Virus record (IMG/VR): IMGVR_UViG_3300044267_003362
Span: 1-25,159 of that record
Origin: a virus
Taxonomy: Duplodnaviria > Caudoviricetes
Strand: one strand, 5' to 3'
DNA length: 25,159 nucleotides
The notes beneath the pieces are model-generated. The model did not search any database, was not told the DNA's origin, and saw only the letters and a list, made by a program, of their open reading frames with translations. The position numbers were made by a program, and so were the translations under genes. Below are positions 1-8,038 of the stretch, piece after piece; within the stretch, counting starts at the first letter, position 1, and each line of letters starts with the position of its first letter.

Positions 1-794
1 AAGGTCATGTAGCATTTTAGTCCATTCTTTTTATATGGTTCTGGATTTTGCTTATTTACATTACCTCTATACATAATGTATGGTTCGCCAGTTTGTCTAC
101 GTTTCTTAAGCAAATTCATCCATTTCCTTCTGCATTCAGGGTCACCTGCTTCAAGATTTCTCATAAACTTATCACCTACAATAGCACATTGATGCATATT
201 TAATGATTGTCTATTCACGTCACCTTTAGGTTCTCTGATCTCTAACCAATCATCAAAATCTTTATGGTCAATATTTAAGTTTACACTTGCAGCTCCTCTT
301 CTTACAGCTCCTTGATTAGTAGCAAGGATTGTAGAATCATATATCTTACAAAAAGGGACAACACCATCACTTGTTCCATTACCTGTAATTGAAGCTCCTG
401 CTGGTCTAATCTGATTTATACCAATACCTACACCGCCTCCATGCTTAGCCAATAACATCATTTCAAGATTTTTTCTACCAATATCATATATACTATCAGC
501 AACATCGATACCAAAGCAACTAATTGGCAATCCCCTTTCCAGTCCTGTATTACTTAGCACTGGACTTGCAAGACACAGCCAGCCTTTCCAAATATAATCA
601 AAAAACTTTGTTGCTAATTCTGGCTTACCTAATCTTTTTGCTACTGTAGTACAAACTCTCCAGTATGCATCTTTTGGTTTTTCACCATTGTGTAGATATC
701 CGTTTGATATTGTTTGTACATAAACTTTATTATTTGCCCAACTTGGAAAATCTACATCAATTTCCCATCCTAGTTCTTCTGCATGATTTTTCAT
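1..794 (-). CDS. nrdA: Class I ribonucleotide reductase alpha subunit, 5' part (runs off window edge), no N-terminal ATP cone
   Basis: Manual translation from ATG at 794: MKNHAEELGWEIDVDFPSW...WLCLASPVLSNTGLERGLPISCFG...AKHGGGVG...NQGAVRRGAASV...TGEPYIMY. SPVLSN, PISCF, GGGVG, QG..RRGA and TGEPY are class I RNR alpha motifs. Lies directly downstream of nrdB. Confidence 0.95.
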   Translation of the reverse strand, partial: MKNHAEELGWEIDVDFPSWANNKVYVQTISNGYLHNGEKPKDAYWRVCTTVAKRLGKPELATKFFDYIWKGWLCLASPVLSNTGLERGLPISCFGIDVADSIYDIGRKNLEMMLLAKHGGGVGIGINQIRPAGASITGNGTSDGVVPFCKIYDSTILATNQGAVRRGAASVNLNIDHKDFDDWLEIREPKGDVNRQSLNMHQCAIVGDKFMRNLEAGDPECRRKWMNLLKKRRQTGEPYIMYRGNVNKQNPEPYKKNGLKCYMT

Positions 795-809
795 AAACCT
801 CTTCCCTTT

Positions 810-1802
810 CTAAAACATATCATCCCAATCATCACCCTCACCAGCTTTACTATAGTCAGTAGGGCGAATACTGAAAAAGTCAGTATGAGTGTGCCCGCCA
901 GTAAGATGATAGAACCAATCCAGATTGCTAGCTTGTTCCTGATTAACCACGAATACTTCGCCATAACCTAACTCCCTTAGTTTGTCATTTGTTCTTTGTT
1001 TAATAAATTCTTTTAAGTCTGAAGCTTTAAGATTTTCCAGGTCTCCCATTTCAAACATCTTATCTATAAACTTCTCTTCTAATTCTACAATTAATTTTGC
1101 AGCTTGTATAATTGAGTCTTTTGATTGTTCTCTTAGTTCAGGATACTCCTCGCACATATGATTAAACAATTGACAACCCATTCTGCTATGAAGAGACTCA
1201 TCTCTTACAGACCATTTCATTTGTTGCCCAACACCTTTTAATAAATTTCTCATCTGAAAAGAATAGAGAACAGCAAAGGAGCTATAAAGACTTACGCCTT
1301 CAGCAAATGCACTAAAAATAGCTAAACTTCTTGCAACTTCTTGTCTTGCCTTTGAGTCTTTTGCTAAATCCTCATGTGTATAATCAGCACTTGTATTCAT
1401 TAATAAATCAAACTTATCTGCAGTAGCTGGTTCATGTAAAAATGCCTCAAAATCTTCTAAGCCTAATGTCTCGTTAAGATATGAGTATGCAACTGCATGA
1501 ATAGTCTCTTGTGAGCCAAACATCATTGACATTTGTCTTATTTCATGTTTTGGAAACCATTTCGTAACCATTCCAGTCCAATAATCAGATACGGCACATT
1601 CTGTTTGTGCAAAACCTAAAAGTATATTTCCTACTAAATTTTTTTCTGCTGGATTCAAATTTTCTTTCCAGTCCTTTACATCACCTTGCATTGCTATTTC
1701 TGTATGCAACCAAAATGCTTGTGCCTGTTTAAGCCAACCTTCTGTGTAGTATATTGGATACTCAAATGGCTTAAAAGGCACCCTTTCCTCAAAAAGTGCC
1801 AT
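810..1802 (-). CDS. nrdB: Class I ribonucleotide reductase beta subunit (ferritin-like dimetal protein)
   Basis: KPFEYP N-terminus; metal ligands AQTE, ETIH (with AVAY Tyr), AEG, DESLH; C-terminal DFF..RPTDY; AGGAGA RBS at 1808-1813. Confidence 0.96.
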   Translation of the reverse strand: MALFEERVPFKPFEYPIYYTEGWLKQAQAFWLHTEIAMQGDVKDWKENLNPAEKNLVGNILLGFAQTECAVSDYWTGMVTKWFPKHEIRQMSMMFGSQETIHAVAYSYLNETLGLEDFEAFLHEPATADKFDLLMNTSADYTHEDLAKDSKARQEVARSLAIFSAFAEGVSLYSSFAVLYSFQMRNLLKGVGQQMKWSVRDESLHSRMGCQLFNHMCEEYPELREQSKDSIIQAAKLIVELEEKFIDKMFEMGDLENLKASDLKEFIKQRTNDKLRELGYGEVFVVNQEQASNLDWFYHLTGGHTHTDFFSIRPTDYSKAGEGDDWDDMF

Positions 1803-1830
1803 ATAATTCTCCTATTTTATTTTGTTCAAC

Positions 1831-1840
1831 TATAATTATC
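1831..1840 (-). promoter_or_regulatory. Variant of the GATATTTATA motif (GATAATTATA) upstream of nrdB
   Basis: One mismatch to the recurrent intergenic motif, 18 nt upstream of the RBS. Confidence 0.4.
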
Positions 1841-1854
1841 ATTATATATGTATA

Positions 1855-3213
1855 TTAAGATGGATTCTCATTCAATTCATTAAATTTATTTTTCAATAAT
1901 TTTCTAGTTGTCTCTTCATGATTATCCATCTGCTTTTGTACCTCTCTTCCCTGAACAGATGATTGTGCAAAAATTTCAATATGACCATTTGACGCATTCA
2001 TTTTGCTTGGAAGCGTAATTCCATCTGGTCCAAATCTATTTTTAATAACATGCCATCTACCTGTTCCATCAACCTTATCTTCTATTTTTCTACTTAATGA
2101 CACAACAAAATCAGCTGTCATTATCTTAGAATATGATTCTGCAATTTTATCTGCTTGAATTACATCTTCTTGTAAAGCACTTCTATTTGCTTGTGATGCT
2201 GTCCATACTGGTATCTCTTGTTCACCAGCTAAACCTCTAAGGTCTTCATATATATTACCTAATTGTATTCTTAGTTCGTTTGTTTTACCAGTACCTCTTA
2301 ATAAATCTGCATAATCTACTATAACAAGGTCTGGATTTATACCTTGCATTCTTGCTTTTTCTATGTGTGCAGATATTGTATTTACAGATGCACCTTTTGT
2401 TGGATAATACTTAACAACCAAATTACCTTTTATGCTTTTGAGCTTCTCCTTTACATCATCTATATTATATTTAAGGTTTTGTGCAGCAATACCAGTAAAT
2501 ACTGAGTCATATCTTAATCCTACATATGCTTCATTTAACTCTAGTGTATAATGTAATACTGTTTTTCCAGCTTTAACAGCATTTGCAGCGACATTAACTA
2601 GTGCCCATGACTTACCAATACCAGCTGGTGCAACCATTACACCTAGCTCACCCTTTCCTAAGCCTCCGTCTGATAGTTCATCAATGACTTCCCAGCCTGT
2701 TGTACATGTATTTCTAACAGATTCTGAATATCTTTCATCAATATTGTCCATATACTCATGGCCTAAATCTCTTTCTGCACCTGCCTTCATAGCTGTATCT
2801 ATTAATGTTTTTATAGATTCATACTCTCCATCTTTAAGTAGCTCAACAGACTTTATAATTGCACCTTTTAGATTTTGATTTTTGCAAAAGTCCAATGTTT
2901 GTTGCTTTACAAAATCTAAATCTTCTGCCCCAATATATCTATAGACATCTTTTAGGTGTTCAATAACAGTCTTTTTAAGTACATCATTATCAATTTCAGT
3001 TACTTTTACTTTAAGCACCTCTTTTGTAGGTGGAGACTTAAATTCATTAAAATACTCTTTTACAATATCTACTATAAATTTATTTGCATCATTTTCAAAA
3101 AATTTAGAATCTAAAATATCTATAATTTGCTGTAAGAATGCTTTGTCTGTAAACAAGCATGTTAGTATCTTAATTTGAAAACTATAACCGTATTCTGATA
3201 ATTTATTACTCAT
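1855..3213 (-). CDS. dnaB: Replicative SF4 helicase (DnaB / T4 gp41-like)
   Basis: Walker A APAGIGKS, YTLEL, Walker B VIVDYADL, TASQANR, KNRFG arginine finger. Confidence 0.93.
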   Translation of the reverse strand: MSNKLSEYGYSFQIKILTCLFTDKAFLQQIIDILDSKFFENDANKFIVDIVKEYFNEFKSPPTKEVLKVKVTEIDNDVLKKTVIEHLKDVYRYIGAEDLDFVKQQTLDFCKNQNLKGAIIKSVELLKDGEYESIKTLIDTAMKAGAERDLGHEYMDNIDERYSESVRNTCTTGWEVIDELSDGGLGKGELGVMVAPAGIGKSWALVNVAANAVKAGKTVLHYTLELNEAYVGLRYDSVFTGIAAQNLKYNIDDVKEKLKSIKGNLVVKYYPTKGASVNTISAHIEKARMQGINPDLVIVDYADLLRGTGKTNELRIQLGNIYEDLRGLAGEQEIPVWTASQANRSALQEDVIQADKIAESYSKIMTADFVVSLSRKIEDKVDGTGRWHVIKNRFGPDGITLPSKMNASNGHIEIFAQSSVQGREVQKQMDNHEETTRKLLKNKFNELNENPS

Positions 3214-4261
3214 CTTTTCCCCCTACTATTGCATAAGAATCTAGACTTCTCCATGTGTCTTGAAGCCAAAATTCTGGATTTTTCATTGTACTACTTATTC
3301 TATCCTCTAAGAACATAGTTAAAAATTTAGGCTTATTTAGCCTTTGTATTGGCCTTTTAACTATATCCATTATTGATGACTTTGCATAACCAGATATATC
3401 TACCTCCCTTAATTGCATAAGTTTGTAGTTTAGTCTTAGCGTATCACCACTATCAGCTATTAATGATAAAATCTTTGCATCATCTCTATTACTTTCTGCA
3501 TGTTCTATTATATCTTCTACTGATATCTTTCTATCCTCAAATATTATTGGCATCCTTTTTTGTAGAGTTTTTAGTCCTGTGCCTTTTACTCCTGGAATAT
3601 TATCTGAACTATCACCTAATAGTGTTCTATATTCTAAAAAGTTTTTTGCTGGTACTCCAAACTCCTCAAGGATTGTATCCTCAAAATAGAATTTCTTTTT
3701 TGTTGGTGACCAAACTTGAACTTTATTATTAACAAGCTGTAAATAGTCTTTGTCAGTTGACATTATAAACTTTTGTGAATCTGGATATACCTGTTCACAT
3801 ATATAAGCAATTGCATCATCAGCCTCTATGTTTTCAGTTGCTAATACAGTGACAGGTAATGTTTCCAGATATTGAGTTAACCTTCTTATTTGTTGGCCCA
3901 TTGCTATTTGTTCATCGCCAACATTTCCGTAGTTAGACATTCTAGTTAATCTTGTTCTAACTCTTCTATTTGCTTTATAGTCTGGAAAAAGTTTTCTGCG
4001 TCTTGCACTTCCACCTTTTCCATCCCAACAAATAATAACTCTTGTAGGTCTTATATTTCTAATTGCATAACCTATGGACTGAAGAAAGCCGGTCATACCA
4101 CCAATATGAACTCCATCGTCATTAGAACTTGGGTTGACGGCAAAGCTTCTGATAAATGTGTTCAATCCATCAATCAATAAAATTCTACTGTTTTTGTGAG
4201 TTTCCTCAGTGGTCTTTTCAAGACCGTCAAGTATCCTAAAATACCTCTCTCTTCTATCCAT
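3206..4261 (-). CDS. 5'-3' exonuclease / flap endonuclease (Pol I N-terminal domain, T4 RNase H-like)
   Basis: LLIDGLN, WDG, YKANR, EADDAIA, STDKDYLQL and helix-3-turn-helix LGDSSDNIPGVKGTG; overlaps the helicase start by 8 nt. Confidence 0.93.
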   Translation of the reverse strand: MDRRERYFRILDGLEKTTEETHKNSRILLIDGLNTFIRSFAVNPSSNDDGVHIGGMTGFLQSIGYAIRNIRPTRVIICWDGKGGSARRRKLFPDYKANRRVRTRLTRMSNYGNVGDEQIAMGQQIRRLTQYLETLPVTVLATENIEADDAIAYICEQVYPDSQKFIMSTDKDYLQLVNNKVQVWSPTKKKFYFEDTILEEFGVPAKNFLEYRTLLGDSSDNIPGVKGTGLKTLQKRMPIIFEDRKISVEDIIEHAESNRDDAKILSLIADSGDTLRLNYKLMQLREVDISGYAKSSIMDIVKRPIQRLNKPKFLTMFLEDRISSTMKNPEFWLQDTWRSLDSYAIVGGKDE

Positions 4262-4282
4262 AATTATAACCTTTATTTATTT

Positions 4283-5407
4283 TTAACCTGTTGGTACATC
4301 ATCATTACCAACTTCAATATCATCAATACCAAATTCATCAGCCTTATAATTCATAATAAGAGCATCACAAATCATTTTGTAAATTCTCTCTTTATTTGAC
4401 TCATCCTTTAATACTCTTGATTCAAAGTCTTTTGACTGAAATTTAATTTCTTCGCCTGTTTCTGGGTCTTTATAAGTGTACCAAGCACCAGATACTGTGA
4501 CCAATTTATAGTCCTTTAGTACCTGTAGCCACCCTCCTATATCATCTACACCAGATTCAAAAAAGATATTAAATTCTGCAGTTCTTAATGGTGGTCCCAT
4601 TCTGTTCTTAACCACTACAGCCTTAGTTTTAATTCCAATAACTTGTTCCTTGCCATTAACTTTAGCTTTAATTTGTCCAGCTGCCTTTAATCTTAATCTG
4701 CAACTAGCATGAAATTGTAATGCCTTACCACCACTTGTTGTCCAAGGGTCTCCAAACATTACACCAAGCTTTTGTCTAAGTTGGTTTGTAAATACACATG
4801 CTATTCTTTGTCTACCAATAAGATTTGTAATTTTTCTCATTGCCTTTGACATTACAATAGCTTTACCAGTAGACCATCCATCTTTGTCATAGTCTGCTGA
4901 TTGTTCAACTTTAGTGGTTGCAGCTGCAACTGAATCTACAACTATAGAGACAAGTTTGTCATTATTAGATTCTCTTGCCTTAAGAATTATAGTTTCCATT
5001 ACTTCAAAGATGTCCTCGACTGTTTCTAATTGTATATATAACATCTTTCCAACATCAACACCAATAGCTCTTAAGAATTCCTCATTCATTGCATTTTCAG
5101 TATCAATATAAACTGCAGTTCCACCTTGCTTTTGTGTATTAGCTAAGATATGGGCAGAAAGCAGCGACTTACCACTAGCCTCCATACCCGTTATCTCAGT
5201 TATTCTACCAACTGGAATTCCACCATTTGGCCTGTTAGCAATAGCTAGGTCAAGAACAGAAGAGCCTGTACTTATCCACTCAGTTAAATCTGTTGGTGTA
5301 TCCTCAGAACCATCCAAGAAATAAGCAACCTTAAAGTCTTTGAACTTTTTATTTAGTGAGTCAGCAAGTACATTTGCCAAATCATCTCTTTTGTTTTTCT
5401 TAGCCAT
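4283..5407 (-). CDS. recA: RecA/UvsX recombinase
   Basis: ISTGS..LD, GGIPVGRITEITGMEASGKS, YIDTE, VVDSVAA, NQLR, TSGGKALQFHAS.R, VKNR, GAWY. Confidence 0.95.
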   Translation of the reverse strand: MAKKNKRDDLANVLADSLNKKFKDFKVAYFLDGSEDTPTDLTEWISTGSSVLDLAIANRPNGGIPVGRITEITGMEASGKSLLSAHILANTQKQGGTAVYIDTENAMNEEFLRAIGVDVGKMLYIQLETVEDIFEVMETIILKARESNNDKLVSIVVDSVAAATTKVEQSADYDKDGWSTGKAIVMSKAMRKITNLIGRQRIACVFTNQLRQKLGVMFGDPWTTSGGKALQFHASCRLRLKAAGQIKAKVNGKEQVIGIKTKAVVVKNRMGPPLRTAEFNIFFESGVDDIGGWLQVLKDYKLVTVSGAWYTYKDPETGEEIKFQSKDFESRVLKDESNKERIYKMICDALIMNYKADEFGIDDIEVGNDDVPTG

Positions 5408-5417
5408 ATACTACCCC

Positions 5418-6191
5418 TTAGTTATTATCATTAAACAAATCATCAAATGCATCACCAATGTCATCAGTCTTTTTAACACCTGCTGGTGTTGCAGCTGCTG
5501 CTACTGGTTGTGCTGTAGTTTGAGTTTGTTCCTCATCATCGCCACCATCTAACCAAGTTTGTAAAGCACCTTTCAAAGTATCATAGTCAACTTTTTTATA
5601 GATATCATGGATATCTTGTTGACCATTCATAATCTTATCAGCTACATTTTTATCCTCAGTTGCTGGAGTTTGATTTGGTTTAACCATAATTGTAGTCTTA
5701 GGGAATCTTTCAGTTCCTTCAGCTGGATGAAAAGTCACAACTACATCTCTACCACCAGATAAATCTGTAATGTCACCATAATCAGGGTCAGCTATAAATT
5801 GTAAAAGTTCCTGATATACAGTCTTTCCAAATCCCCAGAATTTAACACCTTCTGATTCCTGTCCTCTTACAATAACTGGAAGATAACATCTCATTTTAGG
5901 TTCCATTTTCTTACCTAATTTCCAATCATCTCTATTACCTGATGATTTTAATTTTTCAGAAAATTCTACTACTGGGTCTGCCTCACCAAATGTCACAGGT
6001 GACAAATAGTTCTTCTTACCTAAGTCATAGTGAAAGTATAACTCGATAAACGGGTTATCCTTATTATACTGATAAGGTACTATTCTTACCTGATTTTTGC
6101 CTGGTTCAGGCTTCCATAAATTGTTTGTACGAGTCGTTTGACTCTGTAAATTGTTGAGCTTAGCTCGGATTGCATCTAAATCAATTGCCAT
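5418..6191 (-). CDS. Single-stranded DNA-binding protein, T4 gp32-like
   Basis: WKP..G.NQVRIVP, HY, DPV.E, GVKFWGFGKTVYQ, D.TD...GRD and an acidic tail DDIGDAFDDLF; sits next to recA; AGGAGA RBS at 6197-6202. Confidence 0.85.
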   Translation of the reverse strand: MAIDLDAIRAKLNNLQSQTTRTNNLWKPEPGKNQVRIVPYQYNKDNPFIELYFHYDLGKKNYLSPVTFGEADPVVEFSEKLKSSGNRDDWKLGKKMEPKMRCYLPVIVRGQESEGVKFWGFGKTVYQELLQFIADPDYGDITDLSGGRDVVVTFHPAEGTERFPKTTIMVKPNQTPATEDKNVADKIMNGQQDIHDIYKKVDYDTLKGALQTWLDGGDDEEQTQTTAQPVAAAATPAGVKKTDDIGDAFDDLFNDNN

Positions 6192-6230
6192 TTTTTTCTC
6201 CTTTTAATTAGTTATTTATTGATTCAACAT

Positions 6231-6260
6231 TAATATAACAAAAATTTCTTTAATATGAAA
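6231..6260 (-). promoter_or_regulatory. Putative early/middle promoter TTTC-N19-TATATTA upstream of the SSB gene
   Basis: One of four intergenic copies of TTTN-N19-TATATTA, each with a T-rich tract just before TATATTA. Confidence 0.55.
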
Positions 6261-7173
6261 CTTCTGTTAAAACTTTTTTATATTTTTTTATTGCCAATTC
6301 CTTGGCTTTTGCCTCGACAACAACATCTATGTCAAGTCCATAGTCATTAATATCTGATGTGATATAATCAGAATGTGCTTGTGGACGAATTGACTCGTCC
6401 ATTTTTTCTTTTGCTCTACTTTCGGAATAATGAGTGCATTGTTTTACGCCTTCTGGCCACGTTGATGCAGCAAGCTTTAGTGCCTGCTCCTCTGTGAGCC
6501 CACCTGTACAGAATTTGTGATGATAGTAATCGAACACAATTGGTATTCCTACAACCTTGTAGACACCTTCAAATAAATCCACAACAGAATACATATTTGC
6601 TTTATCATCATTTTCGACTGTTAGACGTGATCGCACACCTTTTGATGTTTCTATATAATTTTTACAAAACCTTCCAAGTGCTGATTCTTTGTCGCCATAG
6701 GCACCACCAACATGAATGTTGATTTTTGCCATACGAGACCTTGGTAAACCCATCATATCCATAATTTGTGATGATTTATTTAATTCGTTAATTGCAGAAT
6801 CAACAACCTTTTGATTTGGTGATGCAAGAACACAGAATTGACCTGGATGGAATGAAAGACGTTGGCCATTATCCATTGCCAATTTACCAGCATCCTTTAG
6901 TACCATAGAAAGTTCTTCGTAGTCAGGTAGGTCTGTAAATTCGTATTCAGACATCCACGGAAATATATCTGAAGGCATTCTGTATACCTTAATATCATTT
7001 TCATTATTCCATTTAATAATTTCCACAAGGTCGCGAGCATTTGCAAGACATAGTTCAGATACATAGTCCAAGCCTTTTGCATCAAATGTACGCCGAATCA
7101 TAGAACGTTTTGCATTAATACCTTTTTTACGTAATTGCATGTTAATACATGCGTATCCTAATTGTTTTGCCAT
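6250..7173 (-). CDS. uvsE: UV-damage endonuclease UvsE/UVDE (TIM barrel)
   Basis: LGYACIN, YRMPSDIFP, RLSFHPGQFCVLASP, NIHVGGAYGDK, RLTVENDD, PIVFDYYHH, HYSES, AHSDY, VEAKAKE. Confidence 0.95.
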   Translation of the reverse strand: MAKQLGYACINMQLRKKGINAKRSMIRRTFDAKGLDYVSELCLANARDLVEIIKWNNENDIKVYRMPSDIFPWMSEYEFTDLPDYEELSMVLKDAGKLAMDNGQRLSFHPGQFCVLASPNQKVVDSAINELNKSSQIMDMMGLPRSRMAKINIHVGGAYGDKESALGRFCKNYIETSKGVRSRLTVENDDKANMYSVVDLFEGVYKVVGIPIVFDYYHHKFCTGGLTEEQALKLAASTWPEGVKQCTHYSESRAKEKMDESIRPQAHSDYITSDINDYGLDIDVVVEAKAKELAIKKYKKVLTEVSY

Positions 7174-7178
7174 ACTTA

Positions 7179-7208
7179 TAATATAATAAATTTATGCCGT
7201 TTTCCAAA
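7179..7208 (-). promoter_or_regulatory. Putative promoter TTTG-N19-TATATTA immediately upstream of the uvsE ATG (possibly leaderless)
   Basis: Coding strand TTTGGAAAACGGCATAAATTTATTATATTATAAGTATG; no SD sequence. Confidence 0.55.
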
Positions 7209-7542
7209 ATAATTGTACACAAATTATTCCTGTAGCTAATACAAGAGATGTGAATGTTTTTAAGCTAATTCCTTCTCCCATCATCCACCATGTTATTAGT
7301 GCATAAGATGATATTCCTAATGCAAATCCTAAGAATCTACCTGGCCATAATAAGCCATCAAAGTGCTCTACACAGTATTTTGTTCCATATATAAATGTAT
7401 ATGAAATTATACTTCCTAATGCAATTGCTAAAATGTGGGGATTTTTCTGGAACCATTCCCATTTGAATTGTCCATTTAACTGGAACCAGATTAATGTGTG
7501 GCCAACCAAAAATAAGATGACCGATAGTAATAATTTGCTCAT
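7192..7542 (-). CDS. Small 4-TM membrane protein, SMR/DMT-like
   Basis: 116 aa with four hydrophobic segments; C-terminal WMMGEGISLKTFTSLVL resembles the SMR/DMT 'GE.ls..k..G..L' segment. Confidence 0.6.
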   Translation of the reverse strand: MSKLLLSVILFLVGHTLIWFQLNGQFKWEWFQKNPHILAIALGSIISYTFIYGTKYCVEHFDGLLWPGRFLGFALGISSYALITWWMMGEGISLKTFTSLVLATGIICVQLFWKTA

Positions 7543-7577
7543 ACGACAGTTTTTATTTGTTATTGTTTATTTGTTAC

Positions 7578-7607
7578 TAATATAATAAAAATTCCGCAAG
7601 AAAAAAA
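7578..7607 (-). promoter_or_regulatory. Putative promoter TTTT-N19-TATATTA upstream of the membrane protein gene
   Basis: Coding strand GGAATTTTTATTATATTA, nearly identical to the copy at 11322-11340. Confidence 0.55.
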
Positions 7608-7628
7608 ATTTCTAACGAACTAATTTTA

Positions 7629-7638
7629 TATAAATATC
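7629..7638 (-). promoter_or_regulatory. GATATTTATA motif (putative late promoter)
   Basis: Exact copy of the recurrent motif at the end of the 133-aa ORF. Confidence 0.5.
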
Positions 7639-8038
7639 ACTTTTTTACTTTAATGTGTATAATTTCACTAACTTCTGTATCTATTCTTTTAAGGCCATCC
7701 TCTCCAGTTAATAGCATACAGTTTCTGTAATTTTCCCAATCTACTTGGTATGAAGTGTCCAATACTCCATTATTAACAGATTCAATTAGTCTATTTAATG
7801 CATTAATTGTATATAGTGTATTTGTATTTTTCTTTCTATGTAAAGATATTGTATTTTCTAATATTGTAATATCTGTAGATGATTCTACATTATATGTGCA
7901 CATCAGGTCACTTGAGTTATCTAAATTTTTAAGGACAAAAATCTTATTATATAAGACATCATACGTCTCTACTATTACATCTACAGTCTTTGTAAGAGCT
8001 TTATTGCTTGAAAATGTACATAGTAGCTGTGTTTTCAT
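7637..8038 (-). CDS. Hypothetical phage protein, 133 aa
   Basis: Intact ORF coupled to the upstream gene by a TAATG overlap; motif-like blocks LLCTF, TYNV, NTISLHRKKNTNTLYTINALN, NNGVLD..Y.VDW..Y. Function not recognised. Confidence 0.8.
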   Translation of the reverse strand: MKTQLLCTFSSNKALTKTVDVIVETYDVLYNKIFVLKNLDNSSDLMCTYNVESSTDITILENTISLHRKKNTNTLYTINALNRLIESVNNGVLDTSYQVDWENYRNCMLLTGEDGLKRIDTEVSEIIHIKVKK

